Assembly: GCF_009834535.1 (NCBI RefSeq)
Contig: NC_045696.1
Location: 4,342,001 to 4,406,000, forward strand
Length of the DNA: 64,000 nucleotides
Source: Camelus ferus
Lineage: Eukaryota
Direction of reading: 5' to 3'
In this document: piece after piece, positions 36,659-49,320 of the stretch
Layout of the letters: every line of letters starts with the position of its first letter
How positions within the stretch are numbered: the first letter of the stretch is position 1
Notes under the pieces: model-generated
Seen by the model: the letters and a program-made list of their open reading frames with translations, nothing else
Told to the model about the DNA's origin: nothing
Database searches by the model: none
Position numbers and translations under genes: made by a program

Positions 36659-39418
36659 GTACAGCGTGCCCTGGGCCGTCCTGTGGGTGCTGGGTCGTCC
36701 CACATCCTCCGTCTCTTAGAATACTGCTTCCCTGATGACACCAAAGTGTTCCTGCCGCTTTGTGAGGGCTGACAGTTACTGATTCATAAAGAGCCTCTAT
36801 CACAAAATGGCCAACTATTTGGCTTTTCTGGTCATTAGAGGCGATTTAATTTTCTTCTTATGTTAAAATAAAACAACGAATGTCTTTATTCTCTTTTGAT
36901 TTCCCACTTTGTTAAATTTTATTTGCTTCTTAAAACAATCTGGATTGAAGGTATTGATTGACTGATTCAAACCAACCAATCCTTCCCAGTGCCCCCAGTT
37001 TGAAGCCCCCAGTTGCATTCCTCCTCCTTACAACAGGTAACTCCATCAGCTTACTGGTCAAGACACGGAATGACGTTGGTCAAGTTCGCACTGGACCGGA
37101 TAAGACTCAGAGCCGCGTTTGTCTGTGTGGGAGCCCACTGGCGCATCTGAGAAGGTGCAGGCGATGTTCCCTTCTCTCCTCCTCACGTCTCTGAGTCCTG
37201 CTGCCGTTTCTAGAAGGCACAGCTGCTAACCTGAAGGGTCAGAGCTGTGGTCAGAGGACTATTCTCTGGTTAAGATCCTTCAAGGGAAAAGAAAACAGGG
37301 AGCTTTTTGGATTTTATCACAACACCCCAGCCCCCAAGGCAGCAATAAGCCTCCTTCCGTTGTTTCAAACGAGAAAGTGAGGTTATTTCTGGAACTTGGT
37401 GGGAGCTCTCATTCAAAGTTGCTGCTGAGCTGACGTCATGAAATATTTACCGTGTCCTCCGCAACTTTCTGTTCTTCCACACGACCCAGAACATCCTGTA
37501 GAGATGTAGGTACATTTCAGAAGAGAATTATGTGATATAAACCTTTTTACCTGACTTGGAGCCTTTTCTGTGCCACGTTTTGGTTTCCAAATGCGAGGAA
37601 GCAAAGTGGGATGCAGGCATCAACGAGGCCCTGCTGTCGGCCAGGTGCGCCCTGCATTTCAGGAAACTGCCAGCAGGTGGGAGAGGAGCCGTGCGGCTCC
37701 CACTCGGGGCTGGAGGACGGCTCACGGGACTGAAGGGAGCGTCGGCTGCCCCCCGCCAGAGCAAGCTGCCTTAGGACGCGGTGAGTCACTGCAGCGCGTG
37801 AGGGCAGCGTGCTGACTGCACGTGAGCCCTCCGCCTGCAGGCTCACACCCGCCCGCTGCGTTCTTGAAGCCATCTTGCTGCTCCGACTGCCAGGCTCTGA
37901 CCACTAGCATCAGAGGCACGGCTCATTCATCCGCAGGCGGGTCCACCCCTGTCCTCTCGCTGTGTCCCCGAGCCTCCCTCTCTCCCTCTCAACCTATTTA
38001 TTCCAGAACAAGCTCTCGTTCTGCTCTCCCCGCTTCTGCCCATATTCCATCCTAGGTCCACCTTCATTAGAATTTAAATATCATATACCTGCAAAATAAT
38101 ACAATTGCCTTTAGGAGAGAGGATGGAGCAGCTAAATTCCTCTTTGTACCTGATTTGTGGTCAAGCCGAACAGTTACAAAAGGATGCCGAGCCAGACCAA
38201 AAACATCAGGGAAATGCCAGCATAAGCAATTAAAATGCTCCGCGTTGTAGCGCCCCGCCCCCGGGGCGCTGCTCGAGCCTGCGGTCTGGCTGTGGTTCAG
38301 TTATCACAGCTCTTCTCAAGGGACTGATACTGTCAGCTGGTCACTGCCGCTCCCTCTGGGCTGCAGCATAATTGGCCACAGTCTTGCATCCCTGGAGGTT
38401 CTTTACTTTTGTAAACGCTGGTATTTGTCTTTTAGGAACATGTGGTTAAAAGCAGTAGTTTGCTTTTTCACGGAGGTGTGAAATGATTAAAAAGAAGTAT
38501 TACCAAGGGAGGCAGCTCATCCCCCACGCTCAGGAGACATTCCTCCTCCTGAGTCCCTGTTGCACAGGTTCCCTCCCCCTGCCCCTCCCCCTGTGAGCCT
38601 TTGAAAGCAAACGGTGAGCTAGACTTTGCACAATTAGGATTGTGTGATTGCCTGACTCTATGGGCGGAAATAGCTTTTTTTTTAATGTCTGTGTGCAGTT
38701 AAACTTTATTACTATATTCCTTCGTAGAAGACAAGTTAGGGGTTTACAGCATTTTTGACTCTGTCAAACAGAGGACCGGTAAGGAAATGGGAACAAATTT
38801 TCAATCTGTGACAAGGCCAAGTATTTGGAGGATGTGATTACTTCCTTCTCCCAACACAGTTTCTGGAGAAATGCAGGTGGAGAATCACGGTCTCTGCCTT
38901 CGCTGCTGCCGCACGCGAGCGCGCTTTGTTGGGACCAGCTTTCTGTCGGTGTTTGTCCATGTGCCGGGGTTTCCCCTTGCATCTTCTCTGTCTGATCTCC
39001 TGAGACTCGCACAGCGGGTTGTGAGACCCCAGGACTGTATTTCTCCTCACACAGACCTCTTTCTCTGCATTCTTTTCACCCTTGTTTTCTGATTTTTTTT
39101 TTTTTTTTTGCTTTATTGCCCATCCATTTCTACATTCTTCAGGTATTTTCTCTAAATCCTTCCATTTCTCCTTCATTTTCTCCATCTGAGAACGTTTTAC
39201 TTTAAGGTTTATAGCAAAAGTCACCACGTCCCTGAAGCCCTCTCCTACCCCTGCAGGGCAGAACGAATGGCTAATTCTCTACTGAGGCATTTACCTATTA
39301 ATAACTACTCGTGTCTTCTCTTGAGAAATGGTAGCTTCTTGGGTCAATGAGCTACTTTCTTCGTGGAAATTCCATAGAGCAGAGGCTAAATGACTTCACT
39401 TAAAAATAAAAATTAAAA

Positions 39419-40796
39419 AAAGGAGGCAAGAGCATACAATGGAATAAAGACAGTCTCTTCAGCAAATGGTGCTGGGAAAACTGGACAGCAGCATGTAAAG
39501 CAGTGAAGCTAGAACACTCCCTTACACCATATACAAAAATCAACTCAAAATGGATCAAAGACTTAAACATAAGACAAGATACAATAAACCTCCTAGAAGA
39601 AAATATAGGCAAAACATTATCTGACATACATCTCAGCAATGTTCTCCTAGGACAGGCTACCCAAGCAATAGAAATAAAAGCAAGAATAAACAAATGGGAC
39701 CTAATGAAACTTACAAGCTTCTGCACAGCAAAGGAAACCATAAGCAAAACAAAACGACAACCTACGGAATGGGAGAAAATTTTTGCAAATGAAACTGACA
39801 AAGGCTTGAGCTCCAGAATATATAAGCAGCTCATATGACTTAATAAGAAAAAAACAAACAACCCAATCCAAAAACGAGCAAAAGACCTAAACAAGCCATT
39901 CTCCCATGAAGAAATACAAATGATCAATAGGCGCATGAAAAAATGCTCAATATCACTAATTATCAGAGAAATGCAAATCAAAACTACAATGAGGTATCAC
40001 CTCACACCAGTCAGAATGGCCATCATTCAAAAGTCCACAAATGACAAATGCTGGAGAGGCTGGGGAGAAAAGGGAACCCTCCTACCCTGCTGGTGAGAAT
40101 GCAGTTTGGTGCAGCTGCTGTGGAAAACAGGATGGAGATTCCTCAAAAGACTAGGACTAGACTTACCATATGACCCAGAAATCCCACTCCTGGGCATATA
40201 TCCAGAAGGAACCCTACTTCAAAATGACACCTGCACCCCAATGTTCACAGCAGCACTATTCACAATAGCCAAGACATGGAAACAGCCTAAATGTCCATCA
40301 ACAGATGACTGGATAAAGAAGAGGTGGTATATTTATACGATGGAATACTTCTCAGCCATAAAAACCAACAACATAACGCCATTTGCAGCGGCATGGATGC
40401 TACTGGAGAATGTCATTCGAAGTGAAGTAAGCTAGAAAGAGAAAGAAAAATACCACATGAGATCGCTTATGTGTGGAATCTAAAATAAATAAATAAATAA
40501 ATACAAAACAGAAACAGACTCATAGACAAAGAATACAAACTTGTGGTTGCCAAGGGGACAGGGGGTGGGAATGGATAGACTGGGATTTCAAACTGTAGAA
40601 CAGATAAACAAGATTGTACTGTATAGCACAGGGAAATGCACACAAGCTCTTGTGGTAGCTCATAGTGAAAAAAATGTGACAGTGAATATACGCATGTTCA
40701 TGTATAACTGAAAAATTGTGCCCTACACTGGAATTTGACACAACATTGTAAAATGACTATAATTCAATAAAAAAGAAGTTTAATAAAAAAAAAAAA
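39419..40796 (+). mobile_element. Young 5'-truncated L1 (~1.4 kb): ORF2 C-terminal part, 3' UTR, poly-A
   Basis: ORFs 39503-39838 ([16 protein letters not shown]...) and 40106-40435 (TCTPMFTAALFTIAKTWKQPKCPS...) are L1 ORF2 with premature stops. Confidence 0.97.
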
Positions 40797-41199
40797 GGAC
40801 AAGGAAGAAAAAAGGAACTTCAACAGCTACATGAGAGAAATGAACATGACCCCGAAGAAAACAAGCCCAGGTAATTACAGGGCTTCACAAGGACCGAGGC
40901 TCACACAGCATGAAGGTGCCTTACATGTGGCACAGCGAGGCCCTGTCTGCTCTTCCACAGGTGAAGGGACTGGGTCAGCAGAGCTTCTCGAAGGCTCCAG
41001 GCTTGTTGGTGTACATCCCATCCAGACCCTGCAGCTGTGGACTCTCGGCCAGTTGTCTTTCCACTGAGTCCCCTTGAGATGGTCATTGTCAACATGAGGG
41101 CCATGGGGCAGTATGGTCTATAGCCTCAAGAATTTTACTGCCGCACTGTGGTAACAAGACAGGCATGCATGAGGAAATATGCTGACCCGACAGGAGGAA

Positions 41200-41370
41200 G
41201 GAGAGGCATGGGTCTCTGCCGTCTGGGAGAGCGATCGGGAGGTGTAAATCTCCAGGCTGTATCTCAGACTCTCGGATCCAGGTAGACGAGTGTGGCACCC
41301 AGGCATCAGTACTTTGGGAAAGCATCATGGGAGGTTCCTCCGTGCAGCCATGGCTGAGAAAGGCTGGACT
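41200..41370. mobile_element. MER5B-like fragment
   Basis: cccaggcatcagtacttt...gtgcagccatggctgagaa. Confidence 0.5.
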
Positions 41371-42829
41371 AGGTAAATGAAGATTGAAGCTCAGGACAGA
41401 GGCTGAGGTTGATGGTTTGGTTCAAATTCAGTGAGAGCAGGAGGGAGGAAAGGAGTGGCTACTGACACAGGAGTGGGAAAACCAACCCTTATGGGTGGAA
41501 AGAGGAAAAAGGGCTGTTTGGGGGAACAGCAGGAGGGAACAAACCATTAGAGAGGTAGGTGACCAGGGGCAGATGGCAGAATCACGAGCCAGGGCAGGAG
41601 ACCCAGGGCTTCCATGGTGGATGGTGCCACAGCCGTGTGTGTGGAACCCTGTTGTGTGAAGCGTAGACCACCTGGTCCATTTAAACACACCAGTCTTTCC
41701 CACCATGTGGCGCTGCTGCCCAGCGCCAGCGACAATCACAGTCCTGAGTCATTTGCGAGGAATGACCGTTCCATCCTGTTGATCGTGTGCCACTAATTAA
41801 CTAGAAGACCTTCCGCAAAGAGGTGAATTTTGTTTGATGAAAAACAAATGGAAGCATACCTAGTGAAGTGGAAAACTGAATATTTAAAATTCTGGGTGAT
41901 ACATTGAAGAAAGGAATGTGCTGGGGGCAACATTTATTAGAGGGAAAAATTCCGGTTGTCGTGAGACAGGCTGGGTAGTTATCATTTTTAAGACTGGAAG
42001 AATGTCAGGTGGGATAGATTTCTTTATTGCTCCGTTTCTTTTATTCGCTGTAATCCTAGAATCACGGCTGCTTGGCTTTTACTCAGCGCCTGCTTGGGTT
42101 GGGAAAGTCAGAAATGTGTATCTTTCCCTACTTGCCAAAATGTGTGATTTTTACTTTGAACGAGACAAACTCTTTCAAAGACTTTATTCTTCCCTTCCAC
42201 TGTCCAATGTGGTCTCATTCCCTCCCAGCTCTGCTCTTATATGAAATCATGAGCAACTCAGTGCCTCCTTAGATCTCTGCTGGATGGTAGAAGGCGTTCT
42301 GGACAATTTTAGACCCCCGGTCTTGATTCAGTGTTTAAAATACCTGACACAGCCTGGTAGCCCAAACTCCAAGCTATATTCAAAGTTGAAGGTTCTCCCA
42401 CCTCTGCTGGGGAATGCCTTAGAATAGGGAGCTCTGGGGGGCTGGAGGAGTTGAGACAATCTTTCCTGTTGCCCCTCTGGTCTTCTGTGACCCCCACCCT
42501 CCCACCCCACATCCCTGGCCTTGTGGGTGTGTCACCTCAACCGCATGGCACTCTCCCTGGATGTCGTCACATTGTCCTCCCTCTGTGTCTGTGTCCAGGG
42601 TTAGAGCTGAGACAGCGCGGTGGGGAGAGGTTGAGAGATGGTTTGGTGCTCCCTGGGCCTCACTCGTGGTCATGGCTAAACCTCCCCTTGAAGGGTCCTC
42701 TGACTTTCCTCTGGGACCTCCACGTTCTGATCCTGCCCTGTGGGGGCTCCTCACTCAGGAACCTCTCCCTTCAGCTTCTGCGCCCACGGGCCCAGCACCT
42801 CTTTCTGTGAGTTTGTCTCACCCCCGTTG

Positions 42830-43180
42830 GAGGCCCTTTGGGACAGGTCACTTCCAAAGGTGCTGCAGCTGACGCTCAGTGCCCCGACTCTACCCCTGGA
42901 CCCTCGCCGTCTTGGGAATACCTGTGGCCCCATCCCAGGGGGGCGGGATGACAGATGCTCCAGCCTCATCCCCCCTCCGGTGGGCAGTCTTTCTGAGGGT
43001 CCCCAGCAGGCACGAGCCCCAGGTGCTTACAAAATAAGCTGTCTGATATGCCCTGCTCATTGGCTTCCTTCCCGAGCTTCCTGGCTCTCTTACAGGTACT
43101 CCCTGCAATCACCTCCTGTGTAATCACCTGCTTTCAGATCCATGTCGCCGCCACTCCAGGGAGAGGGTCCCTAAGAGGAG
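42830..43180 (+). mobile_element. LTR16-family ERVL LTR
   Basis: ttctgagggtccccagcagg..gagccccag...cattggcttccttccc...atcacctcct. Confidence 0.6.
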
Positions 43181-43825
43181 ACCTGAGAGGAAGCATATCC
43201 CACCCTCTTTGACAGAAGTGTAATTGGCTCCCGCAGCGGCCACCACTGTGTGTTCGGCACCAGAGCCCAGCTGTAGCCTCTCACCCGCACACCTCCCGGT
43301 TCCCAGACACTGGGCCGTCTGGATCCCTCAGTTCCAAGGGACACCTGATAAGATCTCTGAGAGGCCCCCTGGGAACCCTCCACTGGACACTGGAGCGGTC
43401 AGACAGCACAGCCCCCCACCCCTTCTTCATGGGGGGCAAGGTAGGAAAACCAACACAGATATTGCACAGCCTCTCCCCAAAGAAGTTCTGTGGGGCAGAG
43501 TTTTGGGTTAAGAGTGGAAAATGCACTTGCAGCCTCCCTTTCGAGGCCCCGTAGGTGCTGGCCCCTCACTTTAGGATGGTGGGGGAATGGCACCGCACTT
43601 TTGAGCCTCGTCCAGTTCTAACACATTGTTGCTGACGTCCGTGCTCGGTGCTGCAGAGGGACTCTTTACAACCCAGAAGGAGGGGCAGAGCATCGTGAAG
43701 GTGGGCCTTGGCTTGTACATACTTGTCTCCTGGGTACCCTTGACATAGCAGGTGCTCCGCAAATGATGTTGGTGGGAAGTACAAACGTGTCCTCAGATTG
43801 TAGGGGTTAGCCTGGTGCTCAGGGC

Positions 43826-44377
43826 TGCACCAGTCAGGGTTCTCCAGAGAAACAGACCGACAGGGGATACCGATCTGTGTCTCTCTCTGTGTGTATCTGT
43901 CTGTCTGTCTACCTATGCATGCGTCTACCTATTTATCCATCATCTAATCTGTCTGTCTGTTTATCTATCTACCCATCTATCTATCAATCAATCATCTATC
44001 ATTAAAAGCTTTATTATAAGGAATTTGCATCTGTGATTATGGAGACTGGCAAGTCCCAAATCTGTAGAGCCAATGTCCCCGTTTGAGTCTGAAGGCTGGA
44101 CACTGCTGTGGAACCAGGAAGGGCCCATGTTTCAGTCTGGAAGCAGTGAGGCGGGAGACTCCTCTTTCTCGGGGGAAGGTCAGCCTGTGTTTCGTGCAGG
44201 CGCTCCACTGGTCGGACGAGGCTCACCCACATGAGGGAGGGCTTCACTCAGGCTCCTGATTCAAATGTGGGTCTCACCCAAAAAAACACTCTCACAGACA
44301 CACTCAGAATAATGTTTGATCAAACATCTGGACAGACCATGATCCAGTCAAACTGACATACAAAATTAACCATCACA
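43826..44377 (-). mobile_element. MLT2 (ERVL) solo LTR with internal (TCTA/TCTG)n expansion
   Basis: agtcagggttctccagagaaacaga...ttataaggaatt...ccagtcaaactgacatacaaaattaaccatcaca. Confidence 0.92.
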
Positions 44378-44736
44378 ACAACCAAATTTAAAAAAAAGCA
44401 GCAGATTCTAGGATCATTGGCAAATATTTAAAATCCTGACCAGACTTTTATGCAGGGATCCAGTGATGAGGAGGAGAGACGTGCTACCGTATCCATCACA
44501 CTCTTACACTTTCTCACTGAATGATGCCTGTCAGCTGTGGGGTGAGGACTGTTATTTCCAATGCACCGAGGAGGAAACCAAAGCAAAAGTGAAGGGACTC
44601 ACCCGAGCCCGTGTGAAGGGTGACCTGGGGGCAGGACCGGAAGGAACTTTGCCATTAGAAAGGAAGAACTTCCGAATGAGGTCGTGCCGTCTTTACTGAG
44701 CAAATGCCACCTGCCGCTGTATCATGGTCTACACGT

Positions 44737-45162
44737 TGCTTGAGTCCCTAGGGCGTAACAGATTGCCATGAGCTGGATTCCCTAGGCAACAGACATTTAT
44801 TCTCCTACAGGTCAGGCCAGAAGTGCATTGTCAAGGTGTCGGCAGGGCCACGTTCCCTCTGGAGGCTCCAGGGGAGGAGGCTTCCTGCCTCTGTCTCCCT
44901 TGTGGCTGGTGGCAGCTGGCGTTCCTTGCTTGCGGGTGCGTCACCTCAACCACAGGGCATTCTCCCTGGATGTCTTCACACCCTCCTCCCTCTGTGTCTG
45001 TGTCCAAATTTGTCTCTCATAAGGACACCAGTCCTTGGGTTTACTTGGCTCACCTTGACTCTATTACCTCTGCAAGACTCTATTTCCGAATAAGGTCACA
45101 TTCACAGACACCAAAGGGCTAGGACTTCAGCTCCTTGGGGAGATGCATTTCTGCCCTCTGCA
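44737..45162 (-). mobile_element. MaLR LTR (MLT1B/C-like)
   Basis: tcaaggtgtcggcagggccacgttccctctggaggctccagggga...ctgcaagactctatttccgaataaggtcacattcacag. Confidence 0.88.
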
Positions 45163-46409
45163 CACGTTGACGGTCAGTGTCTCCCTGAGCTTAGGGTTTG
45201 CTGTTGGGGAAGCGGGACAGGAGGCGGCAGCAGGGGGAGGTGCGGAGGCAGTGGGGTTTGAAGCCGCCGTGCCAGGAGTCACTGAGCCAGATTTTGGGGG
45301 AAAGACTTGGGGCTGCGGGTCCTTTGCCGTTTCCTGGACACTCCCGGGCATCACTGCCGCAGTAACACGGCCACCGGACACGAGCGGGGGCCGCGCGAAG
45401 CCTCGCCTGCCACTTTACCTTGGTCGGTTTCGCAGGTCGCCTCAGATACAGCTCTGAGCGAAATAGCCCTCCACGCGCGATACCAAAATTCTTGTCTGTA
45501 CATCCACCATTCTAAAAGCTTTCACCATCAGATCTGGGGCTGTTCAAAGAGGAAAATCTAGTGAGTTGAATAAGAATTCTCCAAAATTGGCGAGTCTTGG
45601 TTTCCCTAATAGTCTGCCCACCGAGGAACAGAGCTTGTGTCCCGTGTGTGACCCACCAGGCCCGTCTCAACTTGGATTCCATCCTTCCGTATCAACCCAT
45701 CCTAACAAGATGTGACGTGTCTCCTAGGCCCTGCTCACTGTCCTCCAGACATTTCTTGTCATGAGACAAGCACGTGCTGGACAATAATGACATGCTACGA
45801 GCAGTGAATCCAGCGTTCGCCTCCTTGGTACAAATACACACAGATGTGTACAGGATCTGGGGTGCCTGAGTTAAGAACACAACGTGGTTAGATCACCTTC
45901 ATCAAGTTTTTTCTTGTCTAAATTTACTTTGGAAAAGTTTCCTTTAGGAGAAGTACCAGACTTTAAAAATGTATTGTCTCAAGGTAAATGTGTTGGAAGG
46001 TGTTCAATAATTCAAAATACGGGCTTACGACGGAATCAGGCTTGAAAACTGCGCCACCTCCACTTGGCAGCGTCTGCAGACTCCTGCCACGATGCCTGCA
46101 GATGCTGGGGATCAAGATAAACGGGGTGATCGAGCTCCTCAGTGCTTCCGAGGGGCAGGAGGGCGAACAGTTCACCTGCGATGCACCCGAAGCGGCATAA
46201 GAGCCGGGCGACCCTGTAAGGTATTGTCTTTTGGAGTAAAGGGTAATTCCCATGAATACGATCTTGCTTTTCTTCATTTTACCCAAATGTGAAAGCTGCT
46301 CTGTTTCATTAAACGAGTTTCCATGGAGTCACAGGAACGGCATTTTCTGCTTAGCAGCTTGCGCTCAATATTTAACTTGTCAACAGTACTTCTCGTTTTT
46401 GTCAAGTCA

Positions 46410-46829
46410 TTTTTTGAAAAAAAACTTTATTGAAGTGTAGTTGATTTACAATGTTGGTTTCAGGTGTACAGCAAAGCGATTCAGTTATACATATACATAC
46501 ATATATGTATTTTCCTTGCAGATTCTTTTCCATTATATGGGATTATAAGAAATTCAATGTAGTTCCCTGTGCTGTCCAGTAGGTCCTTGTTGTTTGTCTA
46601 CTTTATATACAGTAATGTGTCTGTAAACCCCCACCCCCTGATTTATTCCTCCCCGCCCTTTCCCCTTTGGTAACCATAGTTTGTTTTCTATGTTGGTGAG
46701 TCTGTTTTTAGTTTGTAAATAGAATTTGTATCTTCTTTTTGATTCCACATATAAGTCATAGCATATAATATTTCTTTCTCTGTCTGACTCACTTCATTCA
46801 ATACGATAATCTCTCTGTCCATCCATGTG
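46410..46829 (-). mobile_element. L1 3' end
   Basis: ttattgaagtgtagttgatttacaatg...gattccacatataagt...tccatccatgt. Confidence 0.92.
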
Positions 46830-46861
46830 CCAAGTCATTTTGAAATCTTCAGTAAAGTATA

Positions 46862-47194
46862 TAGTCAGTGCTCTGTATCCATGGCTGTGGCATCCCAGGA
46901 TATAACCAACCTCAGACTGACAATTATGGGGAAAAAAAGTTCCAAAAAGCAAAACTTGAATTTGTCCCTCCCTGGCAACTATTTACATAGTATTTACATT
47001 GTATTTACAACTACTTACTCAGCATTCACGTTGTATTATTATAAATAATGCAGAGTTCATTTAAAGTATCCGGGAAGATGTGGGTAGGTTATATGCCAAT
47101 ATAATACCATTTTCTATAAGGGACTTGAGCATCCCTGGATTTTAGCATCCTGGGGTCATGGAACCACTTCCCTGTGGATCCTGAGGGACGACTG
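46862..47194. mobile_element. MER2-family Tigger MITE
   Basis: Inverted termini tagtcagtgctctgtatcc / ggatcctgagggacgactg; aaagttccaaaaagcaaaacttgaatttg; ataagggacttgagcatcc. Confidence 0.88.
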
Positions 47195-48437
47195 TGCCAA
47201 TAGGTAGCTATCAGATGTTTAGAACTATTCTCTGTCACACAGCTTATGGAATTTCAACCTACGTAGGGGAGCTTGGTTGGTTGTCAGTAGCTCTGGAAAC
47301 AGAATGAAGACGTTTCAAGTGTCTAGTTACAGATCCTTCTCAGCACAAGGATTACCTTGGAAACCACAGTGCTCTGCTCTCAGAAAGGTCCATTCCTACC
47401 TGTGGCTGCAGGTGGTTTAGAAAGAGAAACCCTGGAGCGTGTGGCTTTTCCTTCAGCCCAAGTGCGGAGACTTTCCGGAGACGGCTCCCAAGGCGTTCAC
47501 ACTGACCTGCACCTGCTCGCACGCTGCTGTCTCCAAGCTGCCTTTGCTCACAGGACTGCTGTAGTGTGGACATTGCCCCTGACGTTTTTTTCCCCTAGAT
47601 CTTGTCCCCAGGTATAAAAATTATCTGTGGCCAGTCAGAAGCTTAAGTGGTGTGATGACGTGGGGAGGGTCAGCCACAGAAGTGCAGGCTTCTCATGGGG
47701 AAGGCAAAGATGTGGCAAGAGCTGCCCCTCCCCCAGACGCCTGGTGGCGCCTCAGGGGTGTGGGGCGGGGTCTGGGCTGACGCGGGGATAATGAACGCTC
47801 ACCTCGTGGTTCACACCCTGCAGAGCAGCGGTGTGACGGTGGACTAATCACACCTTCTCTCCAACGCTCAGCTCCCTTATGGGCACAGCAAGGAATGCGA
47901 GAAAAACGTCCATCCGGCAGGGTCATCACAAGGATCAACTGGAGGACGGTAACTCAAGGAGTTTGAAAGAGCTTGTAAACCCACGAGGAATCACAATCAC
48001 ATGCGTCTAGCAAAGCACCTGGTACGTAATGGGTGCTTTCAAAAAGACTGTGGAGTTAACTCAGAGTGCATAAATGGAAGGAGTAAGCAGCCAGTTCCAC
48101 GCAGGATTCGGTTCTAGGGAGGCGTTCTGCTTGGCAGCACAGGGACAGACACAGAGGACAGTGTCTCCAGGTTCAAGATGTGCTGTTGAAGCAGGGAAGA
48201 AAACAGCAAGTGCTTATACAGTGCCTGCTATTTTCAGGGCCCTGTGCTGGGTGTGTTGGGAGAGAGGTGAGTTTTGTAAGACGGGGAAACTGCATTCGGC
48301 CAGGCACTCCTCTGCCACCTCTGAGAGGAGGAGGTGGAACCAAGAAAAGGCACGTTTTCCGGCGCATCTGTGTGGGGCCGCTCTGTTCTGCTTCTGTCTG
48401 TTTGTCTCTCCTAGAACCACAGTGTCCCAGTGAATGA

Positions 48438-48830
48438 ATGTTTGTAGTAAGTCTTGAAATCTAGTGGAGCAAGCCCCCCACGTGGATCTTCCACACCGTC
48501 CGGACCGTCCGGGTCCTCTGCACGCCCATGTGCCTTTTAGAGCCATTTTGTCCATTTCCACCACCAACCAAAAAAACCTGCTAGGATTTCGATTGGTGTT
48601 ACGTCGACTCTCTGGATCAGACTGGGGAGAACAGACGCGCGGCACTATTGCGGTTTCCCATCTGTGAGCGCGGCGCACTTCTCCGCTTATGTAAGTCTTT
48701 AATGTCTGTATTTCAGCTTTCACTATAGTGATCTTGCACAGATTTTGCTAGATTTACTCTTAGGTATCTGATTTTCTTGATGTTATGGTAAACAGTAAAT
48801 ATTTTTTAAATGTATTTTTAAATCATTTTT
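48438..48830 (-). mobile_element. Old L1M ORF2 fragment
   Basis: tttgtagtaagtcttgaaatc...aaaaacctgctaggattt...ttttgctagatttactcttaggtat; homologous to 9890-10250. Confidence 0.75.
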
Positions 48831-48834
48831 TGCT

Positions 48835-48985
48835 TTAGAAGCCTGGGCTTGAGTTCAGATTCTCCGATTTACTAGCTCTATGTCTTTAGACACTTCCCAT
48901 TACCTGCCTCAGTTTCCTCACTGAGGACAGGAGCGAGGACAGCGCCTCCATCACTGTATTATCAAGAGAATCAACTAGATGTCAG
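48835..48985 (+). mobile_element. MIR fragment
   Basis: cctgggcttgagttc...tttactagctctatg...tgcctcagtttcctca. Confidence 0.65.
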
Positions 48986-49127
48986 TGTCGGACTGAGAGA
49001 GTCTCAGGCTGTTGGGCTGAGGTACTGCCTGGGCAGGTTGGTTGCAGGCATTCTTGAGGTTCAAAGTCTAGGAAAATTCAATAAATATTAGTTCTTTTGC
49101 ACAAATTTCCTGGTAAAGCCAGTATTT

Positions 49128-49320
49128 TTTAATTTATTTTTTATTTCTTTTTATCGAACTATAGTCAGTTATAATGTGTCAGTTTCTGGTGTGCAGCACA
49201 ACATCTCTTGGTCATGTATATACATACATATATTTGTTTTCATATTCTTTTTCATTAAAGGTTATTACAAGATATTGAATATAGTTCCCTGTGCTGTACA
49301 GAAGAAATTTGTTTGTTTTT
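49128..49320 (-). mobile_element. Short L1-like 3' end insertion
   Basis: L1 3' UTR motifs; perfect 14-bp TSD taaagccagtattt at 49114-49127 and 49321-49334. Confidence 0.9.

Noticed and set aside
39400..39981. 193-aa hydrophobic minus-strand ORF as a membrane protein
   Set aside because: Antisense reading of A-rich L1 ORF2, a common artefact
39419..40796. Active retrotransposon or functional ORF2
   Set aside because: 5'-truncated, lacks promoter, ORF1, endonuclease and RT core, and has in-frame stops
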